From Auanema rhodensis (Eukaryota; Animalia; Nematoda), in NCBI GenBank assembly GCA_964057225.1, contig CAXKVF010000073.1:620001-684000 (forward strand): a DNA stretch of 64,000 bases. Reading direction: 5' to 3'. The stretch's first letter is position 1. Each line of letters opens with the position of its first letter. The position numbers and the translations under genes are program-made. The notes under the pieces are model-generated. The model searched no databases and had not been told where the DNA came from. It saw only the letters and a list, made by a program, of their open reading frames with translations. Below are positions 27,901 to 41,359 of the stretch, piece after piece.

Positions 27901-28688
27901 ATCTCTTTATCTTTCACGTGAAGCGAGTTTCATACCAAGTGCACATCACGTGTACATTTAATTAGCATAAATTAAAGTTCACGTAAATTTCAAAGTCATG
28001 GTTACCATGCACCAATATCAATAAAAATTTGTTTTTAGACTAATATGGACATGGGGAATCTAATTTTGAAAACCGCATCTCTTTATCTTTCACGTGAAGC
28101 GAGTTACATACCAAGTGCACATCACGTGTACATTTAATTAGCATAAATTAAAGTTCACGTAAATTTCAAAGTCATGGTTACCATGAACCAATATCAATAA
28201 AAATTTGTTTTTAGACTAATATGGACATGGGGAATCTAATTTTGAAAACCGCATCTCTTCATCTTTCACGTGAAGCGAGTTACATACCAAGTGCACATCA
28301 CGTGTACATTTAATTAGCATAAATTAAAGTTCACGTAAATTTCAAAGTCATGGTTACCATGCACCAATATCAATAAAAATTTGTTTTTAGACTAATATGG
28401 ACATGGGGAATCTAATTTTGAAAACCGCATCTCTTTTTCTTTCACGTGAAGCGAGTTACATACCAAGTGCACATCACGTGTACATTTAATTAGCATAAAT
28501 TAAAGTTCACGTAAATTTCAAAGTCATGGTTACCATGCACCAATATCAATAAAAATTTGTTTTTAGACTAATATGGACATGGGGAATCTAATTTTGAAAA
28601 CCGCATCTCTTTATCTTTCACGTGAAGCGAGTTACATACCAAGTGCACATCACGTGTACATTTAATTAGCATAAATTAAAGTTCACGT

Positions 28689-30800
28689 AAATTTCAAAGT
28701 CATGGTTACCATGAACCAATATCAATAAAAATTTGTTTTTAGACTAATATGGACATGGGGAATCTAATTTTGAAAACCGCATCTCTTCATCTTTCACGTG
28801 AAGCGAGTTACATACCAAGTGCACATCACGTGTACATTTAATTAGCATAAATTAAAGTTCACGTAAATTTCAAAGTCATGGTTACCATGCACCAATATCA
28901 ATAAAAATTTGTTTTTAGACTAATATGGACATGGGGAATCTAATTTTGAAAACCGCATCTCTTTTTCTTTCACGTGAAGCGAGTTACATACCAAGTGCAC
29001 ATCACGTGTACATTTAATTAGCATAAATTAAAGTTCACGTAAATTTCAAAGTCATGGTTACCATGCACCAATATCAATAAAAATTTGTTTTTAGACTAAT
29101 ATGGACATGGGGAATCTAATTTTGAAAACCGCATCTCTTTATCTTTCACGTGAAGCGAGTTACATACCAAGTGCACATCACGTGTACAATTAATTAGCAT
29201 AAATTAAAGTTCACGTAAATTTCAAAGTCATGGTTACCATGAAGCAATATCAATAAAAATTTGTTTCTAGACTAATATGGACATGGGGAATCTAATTTTG
29301 AAAACCGCATCTCTTTATCTTTCACGTGAAGCGAGTTACATACCAAGTGCACATCACGTGTACATTTAATTAGCATAAATTAAAGTTCACGTAAATTTCA
29401 AAGTCATGGTTACCATGAAGCAATATCAATAAAAATTTGTTTTTAGACTAATATGGACATGGGGAATCTAATTTTGAAAACCACATCTCTTTATCTTTCA
29501 CGTGAAGCGAGTTACATACCAAGTGCACATCACGTGTACATTTAATTAGCATAAATTAAAGTTCACGTAAATTTCAAAGTCATGGTTACCATGAACCAAT
29601 ATCAATAAAAATTTGTTTTTAGACTAATATGGACATGGGGAATCTAATTTTGAAAACCGCATCTCTTTATCTTTCACGTGAAGCGAGTTACATACCAAGT
29701 GCACATCACGTGTACATTTAATTAGCATAAATTAAAGTTCACGTAAATTTCAAAGTCATGGTTACCATGAACCAATATCAATAAAAATTTGTTTTTAGAC
29801 TAATATGGACATGGGGAATCTAATTTTGAAAACCGCATCTCTTCATCTTTCACGTGAAGCGAGTTACATACCAAGTGCACATCACGTGTATATTTAATTA
29901 GCATAAATTAAAGTTCACGTAAATTTCAAAGTCATGGTTACCATGCACCAATATCAATAAAAATTTGTTTTTAGACTAATATGGACATGGGGAATCTAAT
30001 TTTGAAAACCGCATCTCTTTTTCTTTCACGTGAAGCGAGTTACATACCAAGTGCACATCACGTGTACATTTAATTAGCATAAATTAAAGTTCACGTAAAT
30101 TTCAAAGTCATGGTTACCATGCACCAATATCAATAAAAATTTGTTTTTAGACTAATATGGACATGGGGAATCTAATTTTGAAAACCGCATCTCTTTATCT
30201 TTCACGTGAAGCGAGTTACATACCAAGTGCACATCACGTGTACAATTAATTAGCATAAATTAAAGTTCACGTAAATTTCAAAGTCATGGTTACCATGAAG
30301 CAATATCAATAAAAATTTGTTTCTAGACTAATATGGACATGGGGAATCTAATTTTGAAAACCGCATCTCTTTATCTTTCACGTGAAGCGAGTTACATACC
30401 AAGTGCACATCACGTGTACATTTAATTAGCATAAATTAAAGTTCACGTAAATTTCAAAGTCATGGTTACCATGAAGCAATATCAATAAAAATTTGTTTTT
30501 AGACTAATATGGACATGGGGAATCTAATTTTGAAAACCACATCTCTTTATCTTTCACGTGAAGCGAGTTACATACCAAGTGCACATCACGTGTACATTTA
30601 ATTAGCATAAATTAAAGTTCACGTAAATTTCAAAGTCATGGTTACCATGAACCAATATCAATAAAAATTTGTTTTTAGACTAATATGGACATGGGGAATC
30701 TAATTTTGAAAACCGCATCTCTTTATCTTTCACGTGAAGCGAGTTACATACCAAGTGCACATCACGTGTACATTTAATTAGCATAAATTAAAGTTCACGT
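28689..30800. repeat. Tandem duplication of a 6-monomer unit
   Basis: AACC/T100C, CACC/A101T, CACC/T149A, AAGC/T51C, AAGC/G91A, AACC occurs twice (28689-29744 and 29745-30800). Confidence 0.85.
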
Positions 30801-33800
30801 AAATTTCAAAGTCATGGTTACCATGAACTAATATCAATAAAAATTTGTTTTTAGACTAATATGGACATGGGGAATCTAATTTTGAAAACCGCATCTCTTT
30901 ATCTTTCACGTGAAGCGAGTTACATACCAAGTGCACATCACGTGTACATTTAATTAGCATAAATTAAAGTTCACGTAAATTTCAAAGTCATGGTTACCAT
31001 GAACCAATATCAATAAAAATTTGTTTTTAGACTAATATGGACATGGGGAATCTAATTTTGAAAACCGCATCTCTTTATCTTTCACGTGAAGCGAGTTACA
31101 TACCAAGTGCACATCACGTGTACATTTAATTAGCATAAATTAAAGTTCACGTAAATTTCAAAGTCATGGTTACCATGAACCAATACCAATAAAAATTTGT
31201 TTTTAGACTAATATGGACATGGGGAATCTAATTTTGAAAACCGCATCTCTTTATCTTTCACGTGAAGCGAGTTACATACCAAGTGCACATCACGTGTACA
31301 TTTAATTAGCATAAATTAAAGTTCACGTAAATTTCAAAGTCATGGTTACCATGAACCAATATCAATAAAAATTTGTTTTTAGACTAATATGGACATGGGG
31401 AATCTAATTTTGAAAACCGCATCTCTTTATCTTTCACGTGAAGCGAGTTACATACCAAGTGCACATCACGTGTACATTTAATTAGCATAAATTAAAGTTC
31501 ACGTAAATTTCAAAGTCATGGTTACCATGCACAAATATCAATAAAAATTTGTTTTTAGACTAATATGGACATGGGGAATCTAATTTTGAAAACCGCATCT
31601 CTTTATCTTTCACGTGAAACGAGTTACATACCAAGTGCACATCACGTGTACATTTAATTAGCATAAATTAAAGTTCACGTAAATTTCAAAGTCATGGTTA
31701 CCACGCACCAATATCAATAAAAATTTGTTTTTAGACTAATATGGACATGGGGAATCTAATTTTGAAAACCGCATCTCTTTATCTTTCACGTGGAGCGAGT
31801 TACATACCAAGTGCACATCACGTGTACATTTAATTAGCATAAATTAAAGTTCACGTAAATTTCAAAGTCATGGTTACCATGAAGCAATATCAATAAAAAT
31901 TTGTTTTTAGACTAATATGGACATGGGGAATCTAATTTTGAAAACCGCATCTCTTTATCTTTCACGTGAAGCGAGTTACATACCAAGTGCACATCACGTG
32001 TACATTTAATTAGCATAAATTAAAGTTCACGTAAATTTCAAAGTCATGGTTACCATGAAGCAATATCAATAAAAATTTGTTTTTAGACTAATATGGACAT
32101 GGGGAATCTAATTTTGAAAACCGCATCTCTTTATCTTTCACGTGAAGCGAGTTACATACCAAGTGCACATCACGTGTACATTTAATTAGCATAAATTAAA
32201 GTTCACGTAAATTTCAAAGTCATGGTTACCATGAAGCAATATCAATAAAAATTTGTTTTTAGACTAATATGGACATGGGGAATCTAATTTTGGAAACCGC
32301 ATTTCTTTATCTTTCACGTGAAGCGAGTTACATACCAAGAGCACATCACGTGTACATTTAATTAGCATAAATTAAAGTTCACGTAAATTTCAAAGTCATG
32401 GTTACCATGAAGCAATATCAATAAAAATTTGTTTTTAGACTAATATGGACATGGGGAATCTAATTTTGAAAACCGCATCTCTTTATCTTTCACGTGAAGC
32501 GAGTTACATACCAAGAGCACATCACGTGTACATTTAATTAGCATAAATTAAAGTTCACGTAAATTTCAAAGTCATGGTTACCATGCACCAATATCAATAA
32601 AAATTTGTTTTTAGACTAATATGGACATGGGGAATCTAATTTTGAAAACCGCATCTCTTTATCTTTCACGTCAAGCGAGTTACATACCAAGTGCACATCA
32701 CGTGTACATTTAATTAGCATAAATTAAAGTTCACGTAAATTTCAAAGTCATGGTTACCATGAACCAATATCAATAAAAATTTGTTTTTAGACTAATATGG
32801 ACATGGGGAATCTAATTTTGAAAACCGCATCTCTTTATCTTTCACGTGAAGCGAGTTACATACCAAGTGCACATCACGTGTACATTTAATTAGCATAAAT
32901 TAAAGTTCACGTAAATTTCAAAGTCATGGTTACCATGAACCAATATCAATAAAAATTTGTTTTTAGACTAATATGGACATGGGGAATCTAATTTTGAAAA
33001 CCGCATCTCTTTATCTTTCACGTGAAGCGAGTTACATACCAAGTGCACATCACGTGTACATTTAATTAGCATAAATTAAAGTTCACGTAAATTTCAAAGT
33101 CATGGTTACCATGAACCAATATCAATAAAAATTTGTTTTTAGACTAATATGGACATGGGGAATCTAATTTTGAAAACCGCATCTCTTCATCTTTCACGTG
33201 AAGCGAGTTACATACCAAGTGCACATCACGTGTACATTTAATTAGCATAAATTAAAGTTCACGTAAATTTCAAAGTCATGGTTACCATGCACAAATATCA
33301 ATAAAAATTTGTTTTTAGACTAATATGGACATGGGGAATCTAATTTTGAAAACCGCATCTCTTTATCTTTCACGTGAAGCGAGTTACATACCAAGTGCAC
33401 ATCACGTGTACATTTAATTAGCATAAATTAAAGTTCACGTAAATTTCAAAGTCATGGTTACCACGCACCAATATCAATAAAAATTTGTTTTTAGACTAAT
33501 ATGGACATGGGGAATCTAATTTTGAAAACCGCATCTCTTTATCTTTCACGTGGAGCGAGTTACATACCAAGTGCACATCACGTGTACATTTAATTAGCAT
33601 AAATTAAAGTTCACGTAAATTTCAAAGTCATGGTTACCATGAAGCAATATCAATAAAAATTTGTTTTTAGACTAATATGGACATGGGGAATCTAATTTTG
33701 AAAACCGCATCTCTTTATCTTTTACGTGAAGCGAGTTACATACCAAGTGCACATCACGTGTACATTTAATTAGCATAAATTAAAGTTCACGTAAATTTCA

Positions 33801-35728
33801 AAGTCATGGTTACCATGAAGCAATATCAATAAAAATTTGTTTTTAGACTAATATGGACATGGGGAATCTAATTTTGAAAACCGCATCTCTTTATCTTTCA
33901 CGTGAAGCGAGTTACATACCAAGTGCACATCACGTGTACATTTAATTAGCATAAATTAAAGTTCACGTAAATTTCAAAGTCATGGTTACCATGAACCAAT
34001 ATCAATAAAAATTTGTTTTTAGACTAATATGGACATGGGGATTCTAATTTTGAAAACCGCATCTCTTTATCTTTCACGTGAAGCGAGTTACATACCAAGT
34101 GCACATCACGTGTACATTTAATTAGCATAAATTAAAGTTCACGTAAATTTCAAAGTCATGGTTACCATGAACCAATATCAATAAAAATTTGTTTTTAGAC
34201 TAATATGGACATGGGGAATCTAATTTTGAAAACCGCATCTCTTCATCTTTCACGTGAAGCGAGTTACATACCAAGTGCACATCACGTGTACATTTAATTA
34301 GCATAAATTAAAGTTCACGTAAATTTCAAAGTCATGGTTACCATGCACAAATATCAATAAAAATTTGTTTTTAGACTAATATGGACATGGGGAATCTAAT
34401 TTTGAAAACCGCATCTCTTTATCTTTCACGTGAAGCGAGTTACATACCAAGTGCACATCACGTGTACATTTAATTAGCATAAATTAAAGTTCACGTAAAT
34501 TTCAAAGTCATGGTTACCACGCACCAATATCAATAAAAATTTGTTTTTAGACTAATATGGACATGGGGAATCTAATTTTGAAAACCGCATCTCTTTATCT
34601 TTCACGTGGAGCGAGTTACATACCAAGTGCACATCACGTGTACATTTAATTAGCATAAATTAAAGTTCACGTAAATTTCAAAGTCATGGTTACCATGAAG
34701 CAATATCAATAAAAATTTGTTTTTAGACTAATATGGACATGGGGAATCTAATTTTGAAAACCGCATCTCTTTATCTTTTACGTGAAGCGAGTTACATACC
34801 AAGTGCACATCACGTGTACATTTAATTAGCATAAATTAAAGTTCACGTAAATTTCAAAGTCATGGTTACCATGAAGCAATATCAATAAAAATTTGTTTTT
34901 AGACTAATATGGACATGGGGAATCTAATTTTGAGAACCGCATTTCTTTATCTTTCACGTGAAGCGAGTTACATACCAAGAGCACATCACGTGTACATTTA
35001 ATTAGCATAAATTAAAGTTCACGTAAATTTCAAAGTCATGGTTACCATGAACCAATATCAATAAAAATTTGTTTTTAGACTAATATGGACATGGAGAATC
35101 TAATTTTGAAAACCGCATCTCTTTATCTTTCACGTGAAGCGAGTTACATACCAAGAGCACATCACGTGTACATTTAATTAGCATAAATTAAAGTTCACGT
35201 AAATTTCAAAGTCATGGTTACCATGCACCAATATCAATAAAAATTTGTTTTTAGACTAATATGGACATGGGGAATCTAATTTTGAAAACCGCATCTCTTT
35301 ATCTTTCACGTGAAGCGAGTTACATACCAAGTGCACATCACGTGTACATTTAATTAGCATAAATTAAAGTTCACGTAAATTTCAAAGTCATGGTTACCAT
35401 GAACCAATATCAATAAAAATTTGTTTTTAGACTAATATGGACATGGGGAATCTAATTTTGAAAACCGCATCTCTTTATCTTTCACGTGAAGCGAGTTACA
35501 TACCAAGTGCACATCACGTGTACATTTAATTAGCATAAATTAAAGTTCACGTAAATTTCAAAGTCATGGTTACCATGAACCAATATCAATAAAAATTTGT
35601 TTTTAGACTAATATGGACATGGGGAATCTAATTTTGAAAACCGCATCTCTTTATCTTTCACGTGAAGCGAGTTACATACCAAGTGCACATCACGTGTACA
35701 TTTAATTAGCATAAATTAAAGTTCACGT

Positions 35729-38700
35729 AAATTTCAAAGTCATGGTTACCATGAACCAATATCAATAAAAATTTGTTTTTAGACTAATATGGACATGGGG
35801 AATCTAATTTTGAAAACCGCATCTCTTCATCTTTCACGTGAAGCGAGTTACATACCAAGTGCACATCACGTGTACATTTAATTAGCATAAATTAAAGTTC
35901 ACGTAAATTTCAAAGTCATGGTTACCATGCACAAATATCAATAAAAATTTGTTTTTAGACTAATATGGACATGGGGAATCTAATTTTGAAAACCGCATCT
36001 CTTTATCTTTCACGTGGAGCGAGTTACATACCAAGTGCACATCACGTGTACATTTAATTAGCATAAATTAAAGTTCACGTAAATTTCAAAGTCATGGTTA
36101 CCATGAAGCAATATCAATAAAAATTTGTTTTTAGACTAATATGGACATGGGGAATCTAATTTTGAAAACCGCATCTCTTTATCTTTTACGTGAAGCGAGT
36201 TACATACCAAGTGCACATCACGTGTACATTTAATTAGCATAAATTAAAGTTCACGTAAATTTCAAAGTCATGGTTACCATGAAGCAATATCAATAAAAAT
36301 TTGTTTTTAGACTAATATGGACATGGGGAATCTAATTTTGAAAACCGCATCTCTTTATCTTTCACGTGAAGCGAGTTACATACCAAGTGCACATCACGTG
36401 TACATTTAATTAGCATAAATTAAAGTTCACGTAAATTTCAAAGTCATGGTTACCATGAACCAATATCAATAAAAATTTGTTTTTAGACTAATATGGACAT
36501 GGGGAATCTAATTTTGAAAACCGCATCTCTTTATCTTTTACGTGAAGCGAGTTACATACCAAGTGCACATCACGTGTACATTTAATTAGCATAAATTAAA
36601 GTTCACGTAAATTTCAAAGTCATGGTTACCATGAAGCAATATCAATAAAAATTTGTTTTTAGACTAATATGGACATGGGGAATCTAATTTTGAAAACCGC
36701 ATCTCTTTATCTTTCACGTGAAGCGAGTTACATACCAAGTGCACATCACGTGTACATTTAATTAGCATAAATTAAAGTTCACGTAAATTTCAAAGTCATG
36801 GTTACCATGAACCAATATCAATAAAAATTTGTTTTTAGACTAATATGGACATGGGGAATCTAATTTTGAAAACCGCATCTCTTTATCTTTCACGTGAAGC
36901 GAGTTACATACCAAGTGCACATCACGTGTACATTTAATTAGCATAAATTAAAGTTCACGTAAATTTCAAAGTCATGGTTACCATGAACCAATATCAATAA
37001 AAATTTGTTTTTAGACTAATATGGACATGGGGAATCTAATTTTGAAAACCGCATCTCTTCATCTTTCACGTGAAGCGAGTTACATACCAAGTGCACATCA
37101 CGTGTACATTTAATTAGCATAAATTAAAGTTCACCTAAATTTCAAAGTCATGGTTACCATGCACAAATATCAATAAAAATTTGTTTTTAGACTAATATGG
37201 ACATGGGGAATCTAATTTTGAAAACCGCATCTCTTTATCTTTCACGTGGAGCGAGTTACATACCAAGTGCACATCACGTGTACATTTAATTAGCATAAAT
37301 TAAAGTTCACGTAAATTTCAAAGTCATGGTTACCATGAAGAAATATCAATAAAAATTTGTTTTTAGACTAATATGGACATGGGGAATCTAATTTTGAAAA
37401 CCGCATCTCTTTATCTTTTACGTGAAGCGAGTTACATACCAAGTGCACATCACGTGTACATTTAATTAGCATAAATTAAAGTTCACGTAAATTTCAAAGT
37501 CATGGTTACCATGAAGCAATATCAATAAAAATTTGTTTTTAGACTAATATGGACATGGGGAATCTAATTTTGAAAACCGCATCTCTTTATCTTTCACGTG
37601 AAGCGAGTTACATACCAAGTGCACATCACGTGTACATTTAATTAGCATAAATTAAAGTTCACGTAAATTTCAAAGTCATGGTTACCATGAACCAATATCA
37701 ATAAAAATTTGTTTTTAGACTAATATGGACATGGGGAATCTAATTTTGAAAACCGCATCTCTTTATCTTTTACGTGAAGCGAGTTACATACCAAGTGCAC
37801 ATCACGTGTACATTTAATTAGCATAAATTAAAGTTCACGTAAATTTCAAAGTCATGGTTACCATGAAGCAATATCAATAAAAATTTGTTTTTAGACTAAT
37901 ATGGACATGGGGAATCTAATTTTGAAAACCGCATCTCTTTATCTTTCACGTGAAGCGAGTTACATACCAAGTGCACATCACGTGTACATTTAATTAGCAT
38001 AAATTAAAGTTCACGTAAATTTCAAAGTCATGGTTACCATGAACCAATATCAATAAAAATTTGTTTTTAGACTAATATGGACATGGGGAATCTAATTTTG
38101 AAAACCGCATCTCTTTATCTTTCACGTGAAGCGAGTTACATACCAAGTGCACATCACGTGTACATTTAATTAGCATAAATTAAAGTTCACGTAAATTTCA
38201 AAGTCATGGTTACCATGAACCAATATCAATAAAAATTTGTTTTTAGACTAATATGGACATGGGGAATCTAATTTTGAAAACCGCATCTCTTCATCTTTCA
38301 CGTGAAGCGAGTTACATACCAAGTGCACATCACGTGTACATTTAATTAGCATAAATTAAAGTTCACCTAAATTTCAAAGTCATGGTTACCATGCACAAAT
38401 ATCAATAAAAATTTGTTTTTAGACTAATATGGACATGGGGAATCTAATTTTGAAAATCGCATCTCTTTATCTTTCACGTGGAGCGAGTTACATACCAAGT
38501 GCACATCACGTGTACATTTAATTAGCATAAATTAAAGTTCACGTAAATTTCAAAGTCATGGTTACCATGAAGCAATATCAATAAAAATTTGTTTTTAGAC
38601 TAATATGGACATGGGGAATCTAATTTTGAAAACCGCATCTCTTTATCTTTTACGTGAAGCGAGTTACATACCAAGTGCACATCACGTGTACATTTAATTA

Positions 38701-38896
38701 GCATAAATTAAAGTTCACGTAAATTTCAAAGTCATGGTTACCATGAAGCAATATCAATAAAAATTTGTTTTTAGACTAATATGGACATGGGGAATCTAAT
38801 TTTGAAAACCGCATCTCTTTATCTTTCACGTGAAGCGAGTTACATACCAAGTGCACATCACGTGTACATTTAATTAGCATAAATTAAAGTTCACGT
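35729..38896. repeat. 7-monomer (1232-bp) higher-order repeat, about 2.5 copies
   Basis: G175C (tcacct) at 37135 and 38367, 1232 apart. CACA+A113G monomers start at 35905, 37137 and 38369. Confidence 0.87.
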
Positions 38897-41184
38897 AAAT
38901 TTCAAAGTCATGGTTACCATGAACCAATATCAATAAAAATTTGTTTTTAGACTAATATGGACATGGGGAATCTAATTTTGAAAACCGCATCTCTTTATCT
39001 TTCACGTGAAGCGAGTTACATACCAAGTGCACATCACGTGTACATTTAATTAGCATAAATTAAAGTTCACGTAAATTTCAAAGTCATGGTTACCATGAAC
39101 CAATATCAATAAAAATTTGTTTTTAGACTAATATGGACATGGGGAATCTAATTTTGAAAACCGCATCTCTTCATCTTTCACGTGAAGCGAGTTACATACC
39201 AAGTGCACATCACGTGTACATTTAATAAGCATAAATTAAAGTTCACGTAAATTTCAAAGTCATGGTTACCATGCACAAATATCAATAAAAATTTGTTTTT
39301 AGACTAATATGGACATGGGGAATCTAATTTTGAAAACCGCATCTCTTTATCTTTCACGTGAAGCGAGTTACATACCAAGTGCACATCACGTGTACATTTA
39401 ATTAGCATAAATTAAAGTTCACGTAAATTTCAAAGTCATGGTTACCACGCACCAATATCAATAAAAATTTGTTTTTAGACTAATATGGACATGGGGAATC
39501 TAATTTTGAAAACCGCATCTCTTTATCTTTCACGTGGAGCGAGTTACATACCAAGTGCACATCACGTGTACATTTAATTAGCATAAATTAAAGTTCACGT
39601 AAATTTCAAAGTCATGGTTACCATGAAGCAATATCAATAAAAATTTGTTTTTAGACTAATATGGACATGGGGAATCTAATTTTGAAAACCGCATCTCTTT
39701 ATCTTTTACGTGAAGCGAGTTACATACCAAGTGCACATCACGTGTACATTTAATTAGCATAAATTAAAGTTCACGTAAATTTCAAAGTCATGGTTACCAT
39801 GAAGCAATATCAATAAAAATTTGTTTTTAGACTAATATGGACATGGGGAATCTAATTTTGAAAACCGCATCTCTTTATCTTTCACGTGAAGCGAGTTACA
39901 TACCAAGTGCACATCACGTGTACATTTAATTAGCATAAATTAAAGTTCACGTAAATTTCAAAGTCATGGTTACCATGAACCAATATCAATAAAAATTTGT
40001 TTTTAGACTAATATGGACATGGGGAATCTAATTTTGGAAACCGCATTTCTTTATCTTTCACGTGAAGCGAGTTACATACCAAGAGCACATCACGTGTACA
40101 TTTAATTAGCATAAATTAAAGTTCACGTAAATTTCAAAGTCATGGTTACCATGAAGCAATATCAATAAAAATTTGTTTTTAGACTAATATGGACATGGGG
40201 AATCTAATTTTGAAAACCGCATCTCTTTATCTTTCACGTGAAGCGAGTTACATACCAAGTGCACATCACGTGTACATTTAATTAGCATAAATTAAAGTTC
40301 ACGTAAATTTCAAAGTCATGGTTACCATGAAGCAATATCAATAAAAATTTGTTTTTAGACTAATATGGACATGGGGAATCTAATTTTGAAAACCGCATCT
40401 CTTTATCTTTCACGTGAAGCGAGTTACATACCAAGTGCACATCACGTGTACATTTAATTAGCATTAATTAAAGTTCACGTAAATTTCAAAGTCATGGTTA
40501 CCATTCACCAATATCAATAAAAATTTGTTTTTAGACTAATATGGACATGGGGAATCTAATTTTGAAAACCGCATCTCTTTATCTTTCACGTGAAGCGAGT
40601 TACATACCAAGTGCACATCACGTGTACATTTAATTAGCATAAATTAAAGTTCACGTAAATTTCAAAGTCATGGTTACCATGAACCAATATCAATAAAAAT
40701 TTGTTTTTAGACTAATATGGACATGGGGAATCTAATTTTGAAAACCGCATCTCTTTATCTTTCACGTGAAGCGAGTTACATACCAAGTGCACATCACGTG
40801 TACATTTAATTAGCATAAATTAGAGTTCACGTAAATTTCAAAGTCATGGTTACCATGTACCAATATCAATAAAAATTTGTTTTTAGACTAATATGGACAT
40901 GGAGAATCTAATTTTGAAAACCGCATCTCTTTATCTTTCACGTGAAGCGAGTTACATACCAAGTGCACATCACGTGTACATTTAATTAGCATAAATTAAA
41001 GTTCACGTAAATTTCAAAGTCATGGTTACCATGAACCAATATCAATAAAAATTTGTTTTTAGACTAATATGGACATGGGGAATCTAATTTTGAAAACCGC
41101 ATCTCTTTATCTTTCACGTGAAGCGAGTTACATACCAAGTGCACATCACGTGTACATTTAATTAGCATAAATTAAAGTTCACGT

Positions 41185-41359
41185 AAATTTCAAAGTCATG
41201 GTTACCATGTACCAATATCAATAAAAATTTGTTTTTAGACTAATATGGACATGGGGAATCTAATTTTGAAAACCGCATCTCTTTATCTTTCACGTGAAGC
41301 GAGTTACATACCAAGTGCACATCACGTGTACATTTAATTAGCATAAATTAAGTTCACGT
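41185..41359. other. 175-bp monomer carrying the only indel seen in the array (one A lost from AAA at monomer 166-168)
   Basis: Reads gcataaattaagttcacgt at 41341 versus consensus gcataaattaaagttcacgt. All downstream copies shift by 1 base. Confidence 0.95.
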
